From positions 124,001 to 182,916 of the forward strand of contig JABANN010000005.1 in assembly GCA_013115125.1 (NCBI GenBank): DNA of 58,916 nt. Direction: 5' to 3'. Shown here piece by piece: positions 25,857-38,879 of the stretch (its first letter is position 1; each line of letters opens with the position of its first letter). A program made the position numbers and the translations under genes. A model generated the notes under the pieces. The model ran no database searches. It had not been told where the DNA came from and worked only from the letters and a program-made list of their open reading frames with translations. This stretch comes from Perkinsus olseni. Its lineage: Eukaryota.

Positions 25857-26916
25857 TTACCCTCCGCCACCACCACTGCGTTTGTAGCCTCGACCGCCGC
25901 CAGACTGCCACTGCGAGCTGCTGGTGCCACTATCGCGGGCTTCGCTGGTCCTGTTGCTCTTGTACCAGTGGCCCATGTTGCCATCCATCTCCCGCTCACG
26001 CCCTCTCTGACGAAGGGGAAAACACCATCGAAGACCCTCAGACGAATAACAGTCCAAACACAGGCGGACGGCATTAGTAAAACAACTGTAGCGGCCTATT
26101 ACCCCAACATCGACTATCCCTTGCTCGGCGGCCATCTTCAGCGGCATGTACGCATCAGTCGCGGCATGACGAACTTGATTGGGCGTCAGACGATCAGAAT
26201 TCCACCCGTACATCTCTCTGCGCTCTCCACCAAAAGAGCATTGAAAATATCCTCTGCGCTGCGGTGCTCACGAGGGCTTGTAAAGATTGTATCCACTGGC
26301 GTCGCATTGGCCCTTGATGCCCCATTTCTGTAGCCCACGACTTCTAGCCTCCTTGGTCATCTCAACGGTGGAGTCCTTAGGCAGATCGAAACCGTAGGTC
26401 TGTTTCATCTTCTTCGATCCATTGTAGTTGTGACCACAAGTGACCTTCGTTTTGTTCTGAGGAGACGGGGTCCACCCACTTTCCTGAGGGCGCCGTCTAC
26501 TGGGTCGGTGAGCGCCTCGCGGGCAGCTGGGTGAAGGCCGTTGCCTTTGTCGCGGAATATGAAGACCTCAGAAGGGGTGGCGATTTGAACCTAGAGGAAA
26601 TGCACAGTAACCTCTTGAAAAGAACACGAGAAGTACAGTCTTCGCCTTGGAATAGATACCGCCGTTGATCCGCCCCACCCACCATGGAAGCATTGTTGCT
26701 CTGACCGCGACTATCGGGCTCCCATTCAACGTCCACGCATATCACCGACTCTCGGGACCTGTTCGAAACAACAGAAAGATGGCCCTAACGAGACAGCAAT
26801 GCACGAACAGTAGCCTACAGACGCTCACGATAGTAGTCCACGTTCTGGTTGCTGTCCTCGACCACACGAACTTTACCCCCGTAAGTGTCGAACTTGGTAG
26901 CTGGGACGTGGGGCAT
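25857..26916 (-). CDS. 3'-5' exonuclease (DnaQ/WRN-exo-like), tandem paralog A
   Basis: MPHVPATKFDTYGGKVRVV, ExoI ICVDVEW, VQIATP, ExoIII QVRHAATDAY. The 3' end is approximate. Confidence 0.8.
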
Positions 26917-27901
26917 GTTAATACAACACTTATCCAACTGCTTTGAGAACAACAGATGGATCAGAAGCCATTCACTGCCGTGATGCGAACAAGAGCAGCG
27001 CAAGAAACCGAAAGAGTGCTGCAGATGCTTGTGTGCAGATGCTCGCAATGAACCCCCACAACAAGCAGCAATAAATCCACAACACACAATGGGAAATATA
27101 AAATCAGGTCTGTGGACGAAGTGGCTGCGATCACACGAAGCCGTTCTCCGATGATGGCACTAGTCTGGCATAGACCAAGCCTTGTGACTGTCGCAAAGAC
27201 TGAATGAACACTTCGCGTCAACCAAGTAAGGCACGGCGGAGTAGCCGCGCCAATGCCGCTGGAGAATCTTATACTGACAATTACACAAGGCATCAATCTC
27301 CTCCCAGACTGGCCCTTACCAGCGTAATCGAGTCTGTGCCGCCGCGCGTATTTATGAACAAAACTCGTTATAGAACTGACGTGATGACTTATTTAATCAG
27401 AAAAAGCTAGTCGTACTTTCAAAGAAGGACCTGACGTCTGCTCCGACTCCGCAAGCTGGGGACCTTCAGGGATGATCTTGGACAATTGAGGGCCTGAGAA
27501 GGGAGGTCAAAACGGGGTGAATGCTCCAACACTTACTTGAGGGAAAGAAAATGAGGATATCAGCTCAGACGTCCACCGACTAGACCGTCGAGTACGAATC
27601 AACTAGATCCAGCATCTCCTCGTGGGCGTCACTCTGTGAATAAGAACAATATATCGGACGAATGCTCTCACCCAAGTGCTGCTAAGGACGCGGCATCTAC
27701 TCCTACATGCATGAAAAAGGGGCCCGATAAGGTGGAATTGGTAAAAAGTAATATTAGAAATCACTAACGACTAGGCTCATGATACTACGGTTCATAGGTC
27801 CATCAACGCTATAATTGCGGAGATCACAAACGCACCGCGAACCATACGGATGAGCTGATACACAGCAGCAGCGATGAGAGCAGCAAAGGACAGGAAACAC
27901 G

Positions 27902-28747
27902 TTAGTAAGAAAACAAGTGACGGTGACTCGTTAGGAAACCAGAACGGTTTTTCGCGTCTTGAGCAACAGTAGCAACTGTTAACAGAAACAGTCTACGTTC
28001 GCTTACATCAATATCCGTGAGGCCCCATTCGGCGGCAATCAACAGGGGAAACCAAGCATCGGAAGCAGCATAACGAATTTGACTCTTCCTCAGTCGGCCG
28101 CTCCACTGGTGGAAGTTAGGGTAACTGCAAGACACAGGTCCACAAAGACCTGCTGAGGTGATGGCTCACTTAGGTTTGAAGATGTTAAAGCCCAGCTCGC
28201 GACAGATCGCCTTCAAGCCCGTCTTGTGCATGCCACGTCTCTGGGCAACCTTAGACACATCGACGAGGGACTGCGGAGGAATCTCTATGCCGAAGGCCTC
28301 CATCAACTTCTTCTTATCGCGACTATCGAAGCCGCAGACAGCCTTCTTGCCGTTCTGAGAACAACCATCATCAGATGGGCCAGAGTCATTCCCGTTGGTT
28401 ACCGGGCAAGTGAGGGCATCCCTAGCCACAGGATGGAGGCCCTCACCGGGTGTGCAGCGGAAAAGGAGAACGCCGTTGGTGGGAGTGGCGATCTGTATCT
28501 GAATGATAGCGCTTGCAAGGGCTGGATGGAAGGGAAGTCGCCTACCAGAGCGATCGGGTTGTTCTGGCCCTTGAATTCTCTGTTCCACTCGAAGTCAATG
28601 CCAAGCGGCTCTCTGAACCTGCAAAGGGAGTTAACCAGCAGGAAGTTCGGTGGAAGATGCGTCGTACAGCGTATCCCTGCACAAGTAGTAATCATCATCA
28701 GGGCCATCTATAATATGGATTTCGCCGGCGTAAGTGTCGGTGGCCAT
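27902..28747 (-). CDS. 3'-5' exonuclease (DnaQ/WRN-exo-like), tandem paralog B
   Basis: MATDTYAGEIHII, ExoI LGIDFEW, IQIATP, ExoII CGFDSRD, GLKAIC, ExoIII QIRYAASDAW. The 3' end is approximate. Confidence 0.85.
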
Positions 28748-29149
28748 GGTCAGAGAAGGGAAAAGTATGACAACTAGACTGAGGGGAGCACCTGGCCACC
28801 ACGACGGGAAGAGTTTTCGATGCTAGTGGTCGCTGAACTCTGCACTGGACCCTAGTAAACGAAACGCTACTTTCCAATCACAGAGCGCCGTTCTTGACAG
28901 CCCCTCAACAGCCATGCCTTCGGTGGAAGGTTTTCGATGCTCGTGGGCCGCTGAACAGACGGCGGCTCTTGGCAGCATCGGAACAGCCATCCCTTCGGTG
29001 AGATCTCCGTCACCCCCACTCAGCCGTGAGCCACCGGACAGGGGAAACTGAGAATGATAATGAAAAAGACAATCCTGGGTACCGAGGCTGCACAGAGAGT
29101 TCGTGCTCACCTGCTCACGAGCTCCGAGTCGGAGTCGGAGCCTCCGACT

Positions 29150-30194
29150 ACTGTGAGCCCACCCAGAAGTCCGATACGTAATCTTCCATCTCATCCACCT
29201 GATGAGAGCTTGAAAGATGAGAGCCATCAGCCCAGCAGAGAGACTCACGTCCAGGTCCAGAACGTCCCAATAGCCGGCCACCAGCAGGGGGAACCATGCG
29301 TCGGCGGCCGCGTATCTTATCTGACTTTTCTTCAGGAAATTACGACTCCAATAGAAGAAATTAGGATTCCTGCAAGAAGAAAAACGAGCAGTGTAAACAA
29401 CGCTACGACGAAATTTCCGGGCACGAGAATTCTCATCAAAAATGGATCTTTTTCTTCTATCAGTCCACGGCATGGAGACGATGACGAGGACGGCTAAATC
29501 GTAGGCCAACTTCAAGAACCTCCATGTGGACTGCATGCTTCAACCTCAAATAAAACCATATGAGCTGAGAACTGAGGGTGCTTACTTTGGCTTGTAGATA
29601 GCATAACCACAGTCCTCACACATGCCCTTCAGGCCGTATCTTTGCAGGCCCCTGTCTCGAGCCTCGTCGTGCATGTCGAGCAATGACTCCCGGGGGACCT
29701 CGATGCTGTAGGTCTCCCAGAGGCGAGCGCAGTCACCGTTATCATAGCCAGAACAGACTTTGGTGATATTCTGAAAGCGCCAGCGTGATACAGCGACAAG
29801 GGGACCGCGCTCACCCAATCAGTGAGGATGCTCGTAGCGACTGGATGCAGGGGCTCTCCCGGTAAGCAACGGAATAAAAACACACCATCTGTCGGCGTTG
29901 CGATTTGAACCTGCGTCAAAAGCTGCCTTATCAGCGACCGCAGCTCGCCACTGACCAGCTCAATCTGATTCCTCTGACCCCGCAGTTCCCTGTCCCACTC
30001 AAAGTCTATGCCAACAAATGAGCGTCCGTACCTGACCTCAAACGTGCATTCCATAAGCTCAAAAACTCACGCTGCCGCAAAGAAAAGAGGGCGCGTTCTG
30101 AGAGCTCTCACAAGTTTTCCTCGCAAAACTCTACGTCGTCATCACAGCCGTCTATGATGTATATCGGGCCTCCATAGGTATCGTACTGTGGCAT
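29150..30194 (-). CDS. 3'-5' exonuclease (DnaQ/WRN-exo-like), tandem paralog C
   Basis: MPQYDTYGGPIYII, ExoI VGIDFEW, VQIATP, ExoII SGYDNGD, GLKGMC, ExoIII QIRYAAADAW. The 3' end is approximate. Confidence 0.85.
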
Positions 30195-30736
30195 CAATAA
30201 AAAAGGCTAGGAGAAAAAAGCGTGCTGCAAGACTCCCGTGGAACCCTCTAGCCACTACTCATCACGTAGCATGCCCACACAAGCGCATCTGTCTCCATCT
30301 TGGGACAGGCACAAGAGCTCATACCCGAACTGGAGCGGGCTGTGGGAAGACTGGCAGTAGCATCATCGACTCTGTTGCCATCGCTGGTTACGTTATCACC
30401 GCTGCACGATCGTAAAACGAAAAAACCTGATATTTCGTACGAGACGGAGAGTCAATCTTACAATGCAGTTTTACTGATGCAGCTTTCTCTCAAAGACAAC
30501 CACACCTCCCAAGAACGAGACCAAGGCCCAGTTGGATCGGTATAGCTTGTACTGTCGTCGTTACATCAGCACGGAAAATGCGGGCGAGCGAGATTATCAC
30601 AGACTGCAAGGGAGCCGTTACCAAAACCCAAGACGGTTCTAAAAACTTCCCTAGTTGTTTCACGGTCAATCCTGCGAGATTGCCTGTTGATCGGCCACCC
30701 CATCAAGAAGGCTAACTGCCGCCGTAACGATATTAT

Positions 30737-33700
30737 TTAGGAGAACTCAACACCAGAGTCCCGCAGGGGTCCATGAGAGTCTTGGAGCGGTGTCAACGAC
30801 TGGCGCTGTAGTCTGCGCAAAAAGACGAGCATATCACTCAGTACTCGACGCGACACGCCACTTAATAGAAATGCTGCCCACCCCGAGCTACTGAATGCGC
30901 TGCTGTGAGTTTTCCGCTTAGATCCTCCCCTAGCCGGGCCAGGAAGAGGCTGGCTTACGGGGCTCCAGTCCTCTTCAAGTACATCATCCACAGCACTCAT
31001 CAACTACACGAGAACTCCTAGCTCGCGAGGCGAACCAACCTACTAGCTGGTCCTGCCGGCTCGGTCTCTTCGCGGAGGCCGTAAAAATCGCTGGCGCGGA
31101 GGGCCTGATGCTCCTCGGGAGCGAAGGGCTGAGCAATCCAAGCGTCACGGTCTCGCTGCTAGGTGGCGACTCTCAGACCTGGGCATGAACCGTCCGGTCG
31201 GCCTCTCCACGTCCTGGCCTTCAGTGGGCTGCCTTGGCGGCGGAGGCGAGTCCCCTTGCTGCAGAGGGGAGGTATCGCTAGTCGTCACCCCGTCAACTGG
31301 ATTGGCATGGCGCGAGGTAGTGGAGAGAGTCCGGGAGGCCCCTAGTTTCAAACCTGACCGGGAGGTTGGATCCCATGTTTATTCGGACCCATCGCGTCCG
31401 ACTGACGGGGTCGCTGGACGCGGGCGCGCGTCGCGTTTGCAACTACTAACGTCACCCGCTCTCCGCGGGCGAGCGAGCTCAACGCCGGGCATCCCGTCGC
31501 ATGCTCTCAGAAGCCCCTACCCAAAGGGGCAACTTCTACCGCGTAGCATGACCTCAGAACTGCTAAGGCAGTGCCAGGCAGTGCGCTTCATTCTGCAGTA
31601 CTCGAGAAGCCCTCGTCCGGCAGGTTCAGGCCAGAATGGCGTCAGGAAACGCTGACAATTCTTGCGGTAAAATTCTTGCTGCTGGCGCTGGCACTTCTCC
31701 AGATAGTTGAGTACACGGGAGGTGCATCAGCCTCATCCAACGACGTGAGGAAAGCCGCCTACCTCTAATGCCATCGATCGACCTCCGCACTTCCCCAAGC
31801 CGCCTTTCAAACGCCTCCGAGTCCACCACTTCCATCCTCCCGCCAGACAGCTTCACATGGTCCTCTCCCGAAGCCAGGGAGTTCATCTGCTGCTTGATCT
31901 GAAGCAGGCCTCATCAATATTCCTCCTTGACGCGCTTCGCTCCGCTGTCCTCGAGTCGCGACACTTTCACCGTGAATTACATGCCTTAGCACACCTCTTC
32001 CTGAGTGTTGCTCACCCGAACCACACAACACTCGAACCATCACTGGGCGAGCGAGATTCGAAATTGAAATTTTACGACCAATGAGTGCTTACTTCAGAGT
32101 ACGACGCCAGTGTAGCCACTTCATCGTTCATCCCCATGGACTCCTACAGAAGGGAAGGCAGCCTCGGGGCCGTCCACCAGGCATGCTCACCTCCATCTGT
32201 ATGGCTACGGCCTCGACCTTCTCGCGTTTAGACTGCAGCTCACGGTGAATACCATCAACACGCTGCCACTCTGCGCGTATCTTAGGTTGAAGCTCGTGTT
32301 GCGTAAAATATAGGAGTGTCACCTTGGACTCAGCCTTCGACAGGAGCTCCTGCTCCTTACGATCCAAGGATGCTCTTAGCGAAGCGAAGGAGGCATGGAT
32401 CCTGATCCCCAGATGAAACGATGCGCTACCGCTGAGGGTGAGTCAACCCACAACATTGAGCGGGACGTGAGAGGGCATCTAACCCTGAGCGCGTTTAGAA
32501 ACAAACAAAGGCGAGAAGTGCAACAGTGGACCCCCTAGCCATGCGTAGCAACCCTTGCTCGGAGACTAATGCTCAATCCTCACGCTATGAAGACCTCAAG
32601 CCCACTCACGTCTCTTTGGTCTTCTCCAATAATGCATCTAAGTCACGGCGGTTCTGGTCCACGTCCGCCTCGGATTGGCGGATGTCCCCCAGCCTACTAG
32701 CCAGACCCCTCTGTAGCTCCTCTATCCGACTCCGTGCCTGAGAAAGTTGGAGACGCCTCCGCCACAGCAACAACGAGGCTCACCAAGGGCAGCGCTTTCT
32801 TGAGCAGAAAGACTTGATTCAAATGCTTCGTGTGTTCTTCGCTCCTCATGACGCACTCCGAACACATCGGAGGGCCCTCGCAGGACAGACAGAAGTACTG
32901 CACATGCTCCGACTCATGCGCCGGGCACGTCCTTATCATCCTGAGGTGGTCTATAAACTAGCATGAAGGAAGGGTGCTGAGTACTTCACTGAGACTGGCA
33001 GCTGCGATGAGGACTGTGCTGTTGCCCTGCGGGAGGCATTCAGGGAGGCCATGGCAGCAACGGGTTCGATCGGAGACAGGTGGTGGTCAACCATCCGTCC
33101 CCGTCTGTGAATCAGACCTGAACGGAGGCGAGAGCGGTCCTTGTAGAGGTAATGCTGACGCTCCTACTAGCGCACTTCTCACAGAAGTCCTCGTCGCAAT
33201 TGGCGCATCGGATAGATGCCACATCCCGGGCGCACTGACCGCAGCTGGGGACCGCAGGGAGGCTGCCGCCGCCCCCTCCAGAACTGTTCAACGTGAAGGA
33301 GCCTGTGAGCCAGCACGAGAATTCGCGCCAGAATCTCTGCGAACCATTCGGTATGGAAAGAAGGGATGAAATACGACCCGCGTACCTCGTGGCCCTAGAC
33401 GAGAGTTGGACGTCCTTCGATCGTCCACGGTTCCCCGCGGAGGAGGAGATACTGAGAAGCTGTTGGCAGCCACTCCGCCGACTGACGGGCGACTGTTGTT
33501 GAGGTTGCCATGGCCGTTGACGGGCGTCACCGTACTGGGCGGTGGAGGGTACTGGCTTCTGTCAACTGGAGGGTGACACGAGCCTCAGGACAGCATCACC
33601 TGAGCTGCTCAGCACTGTCCGAGTCGACATCGGTTATGCTACCACACCTTCCACAAATCACCTGAACACCAGGCTAGACTCACGCCTTGCTCAGCGGCGT

Positions 33701-33828
33701 TGAGCTCTCACAACGTAGCCCTTGTCCCTGGTTTCCATGTTGTTAGCAGCGCATCCGAGACAGAGGTTGTGGTCACATACTAGAATCAGGGCGTCGTCGA
33801 GGACACCATCGCAGGAAGCGCAATGCAT
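30737..33828 (-). CDS. RING / B-box / coiled-coil (TRIM-like) protein; multi-exon
   Basis: RING-like CASC..CDHNLCLGC..CGRC. B-box CPAHESEHVQYFCLSCEGPPMCSECVMRSEEHTKH. Helical coiled-coil exons at about 31700-32740, then a Ser/Pro-rich tail. Confidence 0.75.
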
Positions 33829-34532
33829 CACCACTCGACGACACGATAACTGCTGTGAAGACGAACGCACTAGAACCCCGAACAACACGTGAGAGTTACT
33901 TTGACGCTTGTTGAGTAAATTCCGTAGACTCTATCTTGCAGCGGTGAGAAGCAACGATGGAGCTAAGCTAGGTTGCCGATGACAATAAGACAGCAGATGA
34001 AACGTCGGATTCCAGACGGCAGAACTAGGGTGTTGCGTGCTCAATCAGTCGGTCTCTAACAGACGTTATCGCTAACATGTGTTCCACATGTGTTCCAGCG
34101 CTCCATTTTCACCCTCTATGCGCGGTCAACGACAACACAGCAGCCACAACAGTTGAATGAGTCTTGGCAAGAAGATTCCAACAGAAGGGTTAACCCAGCT
34201 TAGGCCGATCCGCAAGAGGGACCGCAGCTCATGCACAATGCTTCTCTACCTCAGAGGGATTCTACGACCCTTCTAGAATCCGTTGCTGGATCATCAATCT
34301 GATGCAACACAATACTTCATTGGTGAGTCTGCAAAAGAGAGTCAAAGAAAGTGATACAAAGTCAACTATGATACGTATGCTGCTTTGACACCAGCACAAG
34401 CCGACCTAACACATACGTTTCAATTACGGAAATCTCGTACTCGCCTTCTCCGTCGCAGCACAGCGACCGCTCGAAATAGCGAGCACTCATAATAACAACT
34501 AGCCCATGATAATCATGCCATGGCCATAGAAC

Positions 34533-34974
34533 TCATACGTCAGGCGATGAAGCCACAGAGAATGGCTCAGACACGAATGCATCAGCGAGGACGGCAGGTT
34601 CTAGCACGCCCGTGTCCATCATTGAAACATCGCCAAGTAAACCGGGTTCGCCCTCGATGAGAACAGGGACCACCAGCTCAGCGTCTCGTCGTTTCCGCCG
34701 GGTTTGCTTTTGCGGCGTCGGACAACCTGCAGGGAAATATCAGCTTTCAGGTAGAGCCATTGATTTCGTCACATCTTTTGGAGTCCTGATGTCGCTTCAA
34801 CTGCCGCACACACACTTCCCTGCCGCACACCGGGCATGGAACTCTCGGCAACTTCCTCATGAAGTGCTTGACAGTAAAATGACTGCCAGCGCAGTGCTTC
34901 GTATGAGAATCTCTCCTGCTAGGGGCGATGATCTTACGGCACTGCTGGCACTCAAGGCGGTCGTATTTGCTCAT
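34533..34974 (-). CDS. Small double C2HC zinc-finger protein, paralog 1
   Basis: CQQC-x11-HTKHC and CPVC-x11-HQDSKRC. The second exon ends SEPFSVASSPDV*. Confidence 0.7.
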
Positions 34975-35906
34975 GTAATTACGAGGGGGTGCTCGAACTG
35001 GGTGAGGAGGTTGAAGAAGCTCAGGAAAGCAACGTCCTACTCAGCCACAATACCGCAATTCGCCTTCGAAGTACAGTTTCTGTCATCTAGCAGCCATCTG
35101 GAAATCTTTCAAGATCAGACTATACACGAATTTCATCAAGTTTGAGAAGTAAATTTTGCATATATACGACGTAAAATGAGTAGCCGCACAGAAACTGCCG
35201 ACACACCGCTTTTTCGAAGAAGGAACGAGAAAGCCTCGGGCATCCGAGAGGGACCTCTTTGAATAGACTGTCACGTCCACTAGGTGTGCACGCGTGCACA
35301 GCAGCCCTCGGTGCCGTGAAGGCGACATACAGTACATGAAAGTCAATTAAGTATGTCCATGATCGGTGCTCAGTACGCATACGCTGGTTATAACGGCATG
35401 TTCGAACCAATGGGAATGGTAAGATGGCTAGCGCCGGTGCCTCAGGGAAGCGATCAGTCTACTTAGTAGCACGGCTCTCTTCACCAACCACCGCCTTCCA
35501 CCACCCATTCCAGAATTCATCCGCACAACACAAATCGACCTTGAAAAATCACGTAATTTCATAATCCATTGGAGCGCTGTAGCAGCGTGAACAAAACTTA
35601 ACTGGTTGAGCGGACGAACTCCACTGGCGTTGCTACTATGCCGACCAATGCCAGGATCGACTGATGATAGGCCTGACTATGCTAACGTTACCGCTGTGGG
35701 CCCAAGCCAACCAAAAATGGCAAAATCGACATTCACTCGCACCAGTCCGCTTCGCTCCGCTACAGCGTTCATTATTTCAATTAGTAATAGTGAATCAATC
35801 ACTAGGTTCTATCATCACCGATAGAGAGAACGTAGACACCGGTTATAGAAATAGGAGATTCACCCGCCATACAGCCGAAGCAGCGCAAAAACACTGCTTA
35901 TCCCGC

Positions 35907-36491
35907 TCAACTGTCGGGTGATGAGGATGATGCTACTGATATGGGTGAGGATAGTACAGTAACAACGGACCAAGCATCAAGCATGGAGATCACGGACGCT
36001 CCGTCGCTGTTATCGTCGACTTCCATAACGTCCATCTGGGAGTCATCGGCAGCGCGTTTATGACGCAGCTCCACCGTTCTGGCCTCCGAGGCCATGGGAG
36101 ACGTCGGACCAGCCCTCTCTCCTTGTCTTTGTCGTAGTGGTTGTTCTTGGTTTCGTTCTTTTTGTCGTCGTCGTTGTCGTCTTTGCTTTTGCTGTTCTTC
36201 TTGCGGTTGTTGCCATAGACGACTCGGATTACCTGCTAATAAGAAAAGTGAGCTCAATCGAAGGTGGTCATAGCCACCGCTTACGCCGTTACATCTCTTA
36301 GACTCCTGATGCATTCGCAACCAACTCTCGCCCACTTCCAACCCACAGAGGGGGCAGTTCACCCTTGGACGTTTCCTCACTCGAGCGTCGCCGAAAAGGC
36401 TGGCAACACAACGCTGCATGTGAGCACCCATCTTGCTTCTGGAGGTCAATCTGTTGCACTGTCGGCACTCGATTCGGTCGTCCTTGCCCAT
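35907..36491 (-). CDS. Small double C2HC zinc-finger protein, paralog 2
   Basis: CRQC-x11-HMQRC and CPLC-x11-HQESKRC, a basic QRRQRRRQK tract, and the end SSPISVASSSSPDS*. Alignable with paralog 1. Confidence 0.75.
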   Translation of the reverse strand: MGKDDRIECRQCNRLTSRSKMGAHMQRCVASLFGDARVRKRPRVNCPLCGLEVGESWLRMHQESKRCNGVSGGYDHLRLSSLFLLAGNPSRLWQQPQEEQQKQRRQRRRQKERNQEQPLRQRQGERAGPTSPMASEARTVELRHKRAADDSQMDVMEVDDNSDGASVISMLDAWSVVTVLSSPISVASSSSPDS

Positions 36492-37295
36492 AGTGATGGC
36501 GAGAGCGTCAGCGGACAAAATCAAGCCAGTGCGGCGACCTCGCCTTCACCGCGGTTAAGTGTCTGCGCACTACATGGAGCGATTGTTTCTGAGAAGGAGA
36601 ACCCGCTTCATCTGCCCTACCGGAATTCCAGCGTCAGAAGCACTCAGTAGCACGTCCACAAGTATACGGTAAAGCTTAACCTATCAGGGTGCACGCTAAA
36701 CGACGTATCCGATGACGCTGAAGGGGACAAGTAAAAAGTCCAACTGAGCTCGACACAGAGTTCCGGAAATAAACATGAAGGAGAAGTCACGAAGGTGATG
36801 CGAAAGCACTCCCGATACTCGGAGTTCACACGGGGGTACACGATCGTTTGCAAACAATGGATGACATCCAGCGAAGGGTCACTAGAGGGAAAAGTCGAAG
36901 TCCTAAGGCAATGACAAGAAGGCGGGCGAGCGAGGCTTCCTCACAGCAGAACGTTCTCTCCACTCTCACCCTTCACCACCATCGCCACGGAGATACCCAA
37001 GCTCAGCTCAGTGATACTGAACCGATCCTGGCATACTGCACGCATGCACAAGAGCAACTTCTGCACGCCCTGCTCGACTAAGTCACACCACCACCAGAGT
37101 CCTCTTTGGGAATGCCCTCTCCTCAGCAGTCGAGTCAAGTACCAATTGGCTTTCCGAGTAGACGAGACGGACGCAGACGGAACGGAGTAGACGGATGAAA
37201 TTTACCCGAGCTTTCCGAATTTTGACGAAATTTCGCGAAAGACTTCATCAATTCTCCCTGCTAGAACTCAACTGTGCGGGTCGAGAAACTACAAT

Positions 37296-38798
37296 CTATT
37301 CGACGACGGCAGCAGCATGCTTCAACCACCACCACACACCATCCATGCCCACGTGAATTCTCTCAACGCCGACCGATCTCGCAAATTCCAGAACGGCCCA
37401 CATCAGGGGCGGATGCTGGCACGTAAAATCATGGCCGCTCACAACGCCCAGCGGGGAGACTTTCGGATACCACAGGCGAAGGTCATTCTTTACGTTCTGG
37501 TACGTGTGGGGACCGTCGATGAAAACCATATCGATGGACTCATCCGCCACCGTTTCGGCGACCTCGCTGGAGGTGTTAGGGAGAATCTTAGCTCGATCAT
37601 GGTACTTCGCAAGAGCCCGAAGAGCGTTTTCGTCGAGATTAGGATCCATAGCAACGTAGTTGACAAGATGATCATATCTGTCGAGCAGCACTCTGCCATT
37701 CGGGCCACAGGCCATCCCCACTTCAACGAAACTACCCTTCGGTGATTTTCCTAAGTCAGTGAAGAGACGATCGAGCACATCCCAGTGGCGACCGTAAATC
37801 TCATAGCTCCACTGGACTTGCGGGAGACCTTCCAGCACGGCGACCGAGCCACCGCTCGCGGCAATGACTTCATCGTACAGCTGTTCCAAGGCCACCATCA
37901 GTTGCGCTCGCTCGTGTGACTGCCGCCATAGACCGCTCCCGTGCAGCACACTCTGAATTGAAAGATTCTCTTGCGCACCCAACATGTCTGTGATTCCCTT
38001 TCCGAGCTCAGAGACGAGACCGCCGAGCTCCGAAGAGCTGTTGGAGACCACAGACTGGATAGTCGCCGAATAGCCATGCATCAGATTTACTGCCTTCGAT
38101 GACAGTTTCGAGATGGTGCCGTCCTCAAGAACCTCCCCAGCGGTCATTGCGACGGCAATAGGGAAGAGGCGCTGTAGCAGCTGTCGCGTTGCTTCACACC
38201 AGTACACGACTGCCTCGCCGAGATCAGCACCACAGGCTGACAGAACGCGTACGTGCCGAAGAGGGTGGATGGGGTGGAGCTTCGTGGTGTCACAAACGGC
38301 TGGATCGGACACGAACGCTTCCAGTATATCCACACCGTAGAGTGATGACTGAGAAAGAAGCAGACAACTCCGGGAAGACGAAGGCGGACCCCGAGCCAAT
38401 GAAGCACGAGAGATTCTCCAATGAGAACTCCACAGGGCGATGGCAGCGAGCCGAAGCATTGAAATGGCAGGTAGAATCGTACGGATGTGCGATTAGCCAT
38501 CTGTTACTGTACTCATTATGCGCCAATCGCCTTGTGCATGCGTGCATAAATGATCCGAAGCGACAATATCACAGTGGTTTGACCGACTGTGGGGGAAAAG
38601 GCGAGGCTTACAGCTGCCCTGACTCACATTGAGGTAGCCTCGACTGCCGGCAAGGGGAAGGATGGGACCCGAGAGGAACTCATAGCACTCGTCACAGTCC
38701 CCCAAACAGTGCCCCTCAGGCAACACCCAGTCCACAGCACCGTGCACTGGTGAGATCAGTCCGTAAATAAGAAGGAAGTACGAGGAAACGAGAGCCAT
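37296..38798 (-). CDS. Signal-peptide protein with a C-terminal class I SAM methyltransferase (Methyltransf_24-like) domain
   Basis: Exon 1 MALVSSYFLLIYGLISPVHGA. C-terminal motifs FVEVGMACG, DMVFIDGPHTYQNVKNDLRLWYPKV and GVVSGHDF. Confidence 0.8.
38510..38548 (+). repeat. Dispersed ~45-bp repeat, copy A (methyltransferase intron)
   Basis: tactcattatgcgccaatcgccttgtgcatgcgtgcata. Confidence 0.85.
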
Positions 38799-38879
38799 GG
38801 TTATTGAGATGCACACGATGACAATACTAGGACACTGATAGAAGCTCCTTGACGAACAGTCTGATTGCACTGTAAACTA

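Noticed and set aside
25671..26333. 220-aa plus-strand ORF
   Set aside because: Antisense shadow of exonuclease paralog A, with no recognisable motifs.
28908..29000. 18-bp direct repeat acagccat(g/c)ccttcggtg
   Set aside because: Only two copies, so a local duplication rather than a CRISPR-like array.
35415..35437. tagccatctt on the minus strand, resembling the middle of a spliced leader
   Set aside because: Only 10 nt match and the GGCTCAAG end is absent.
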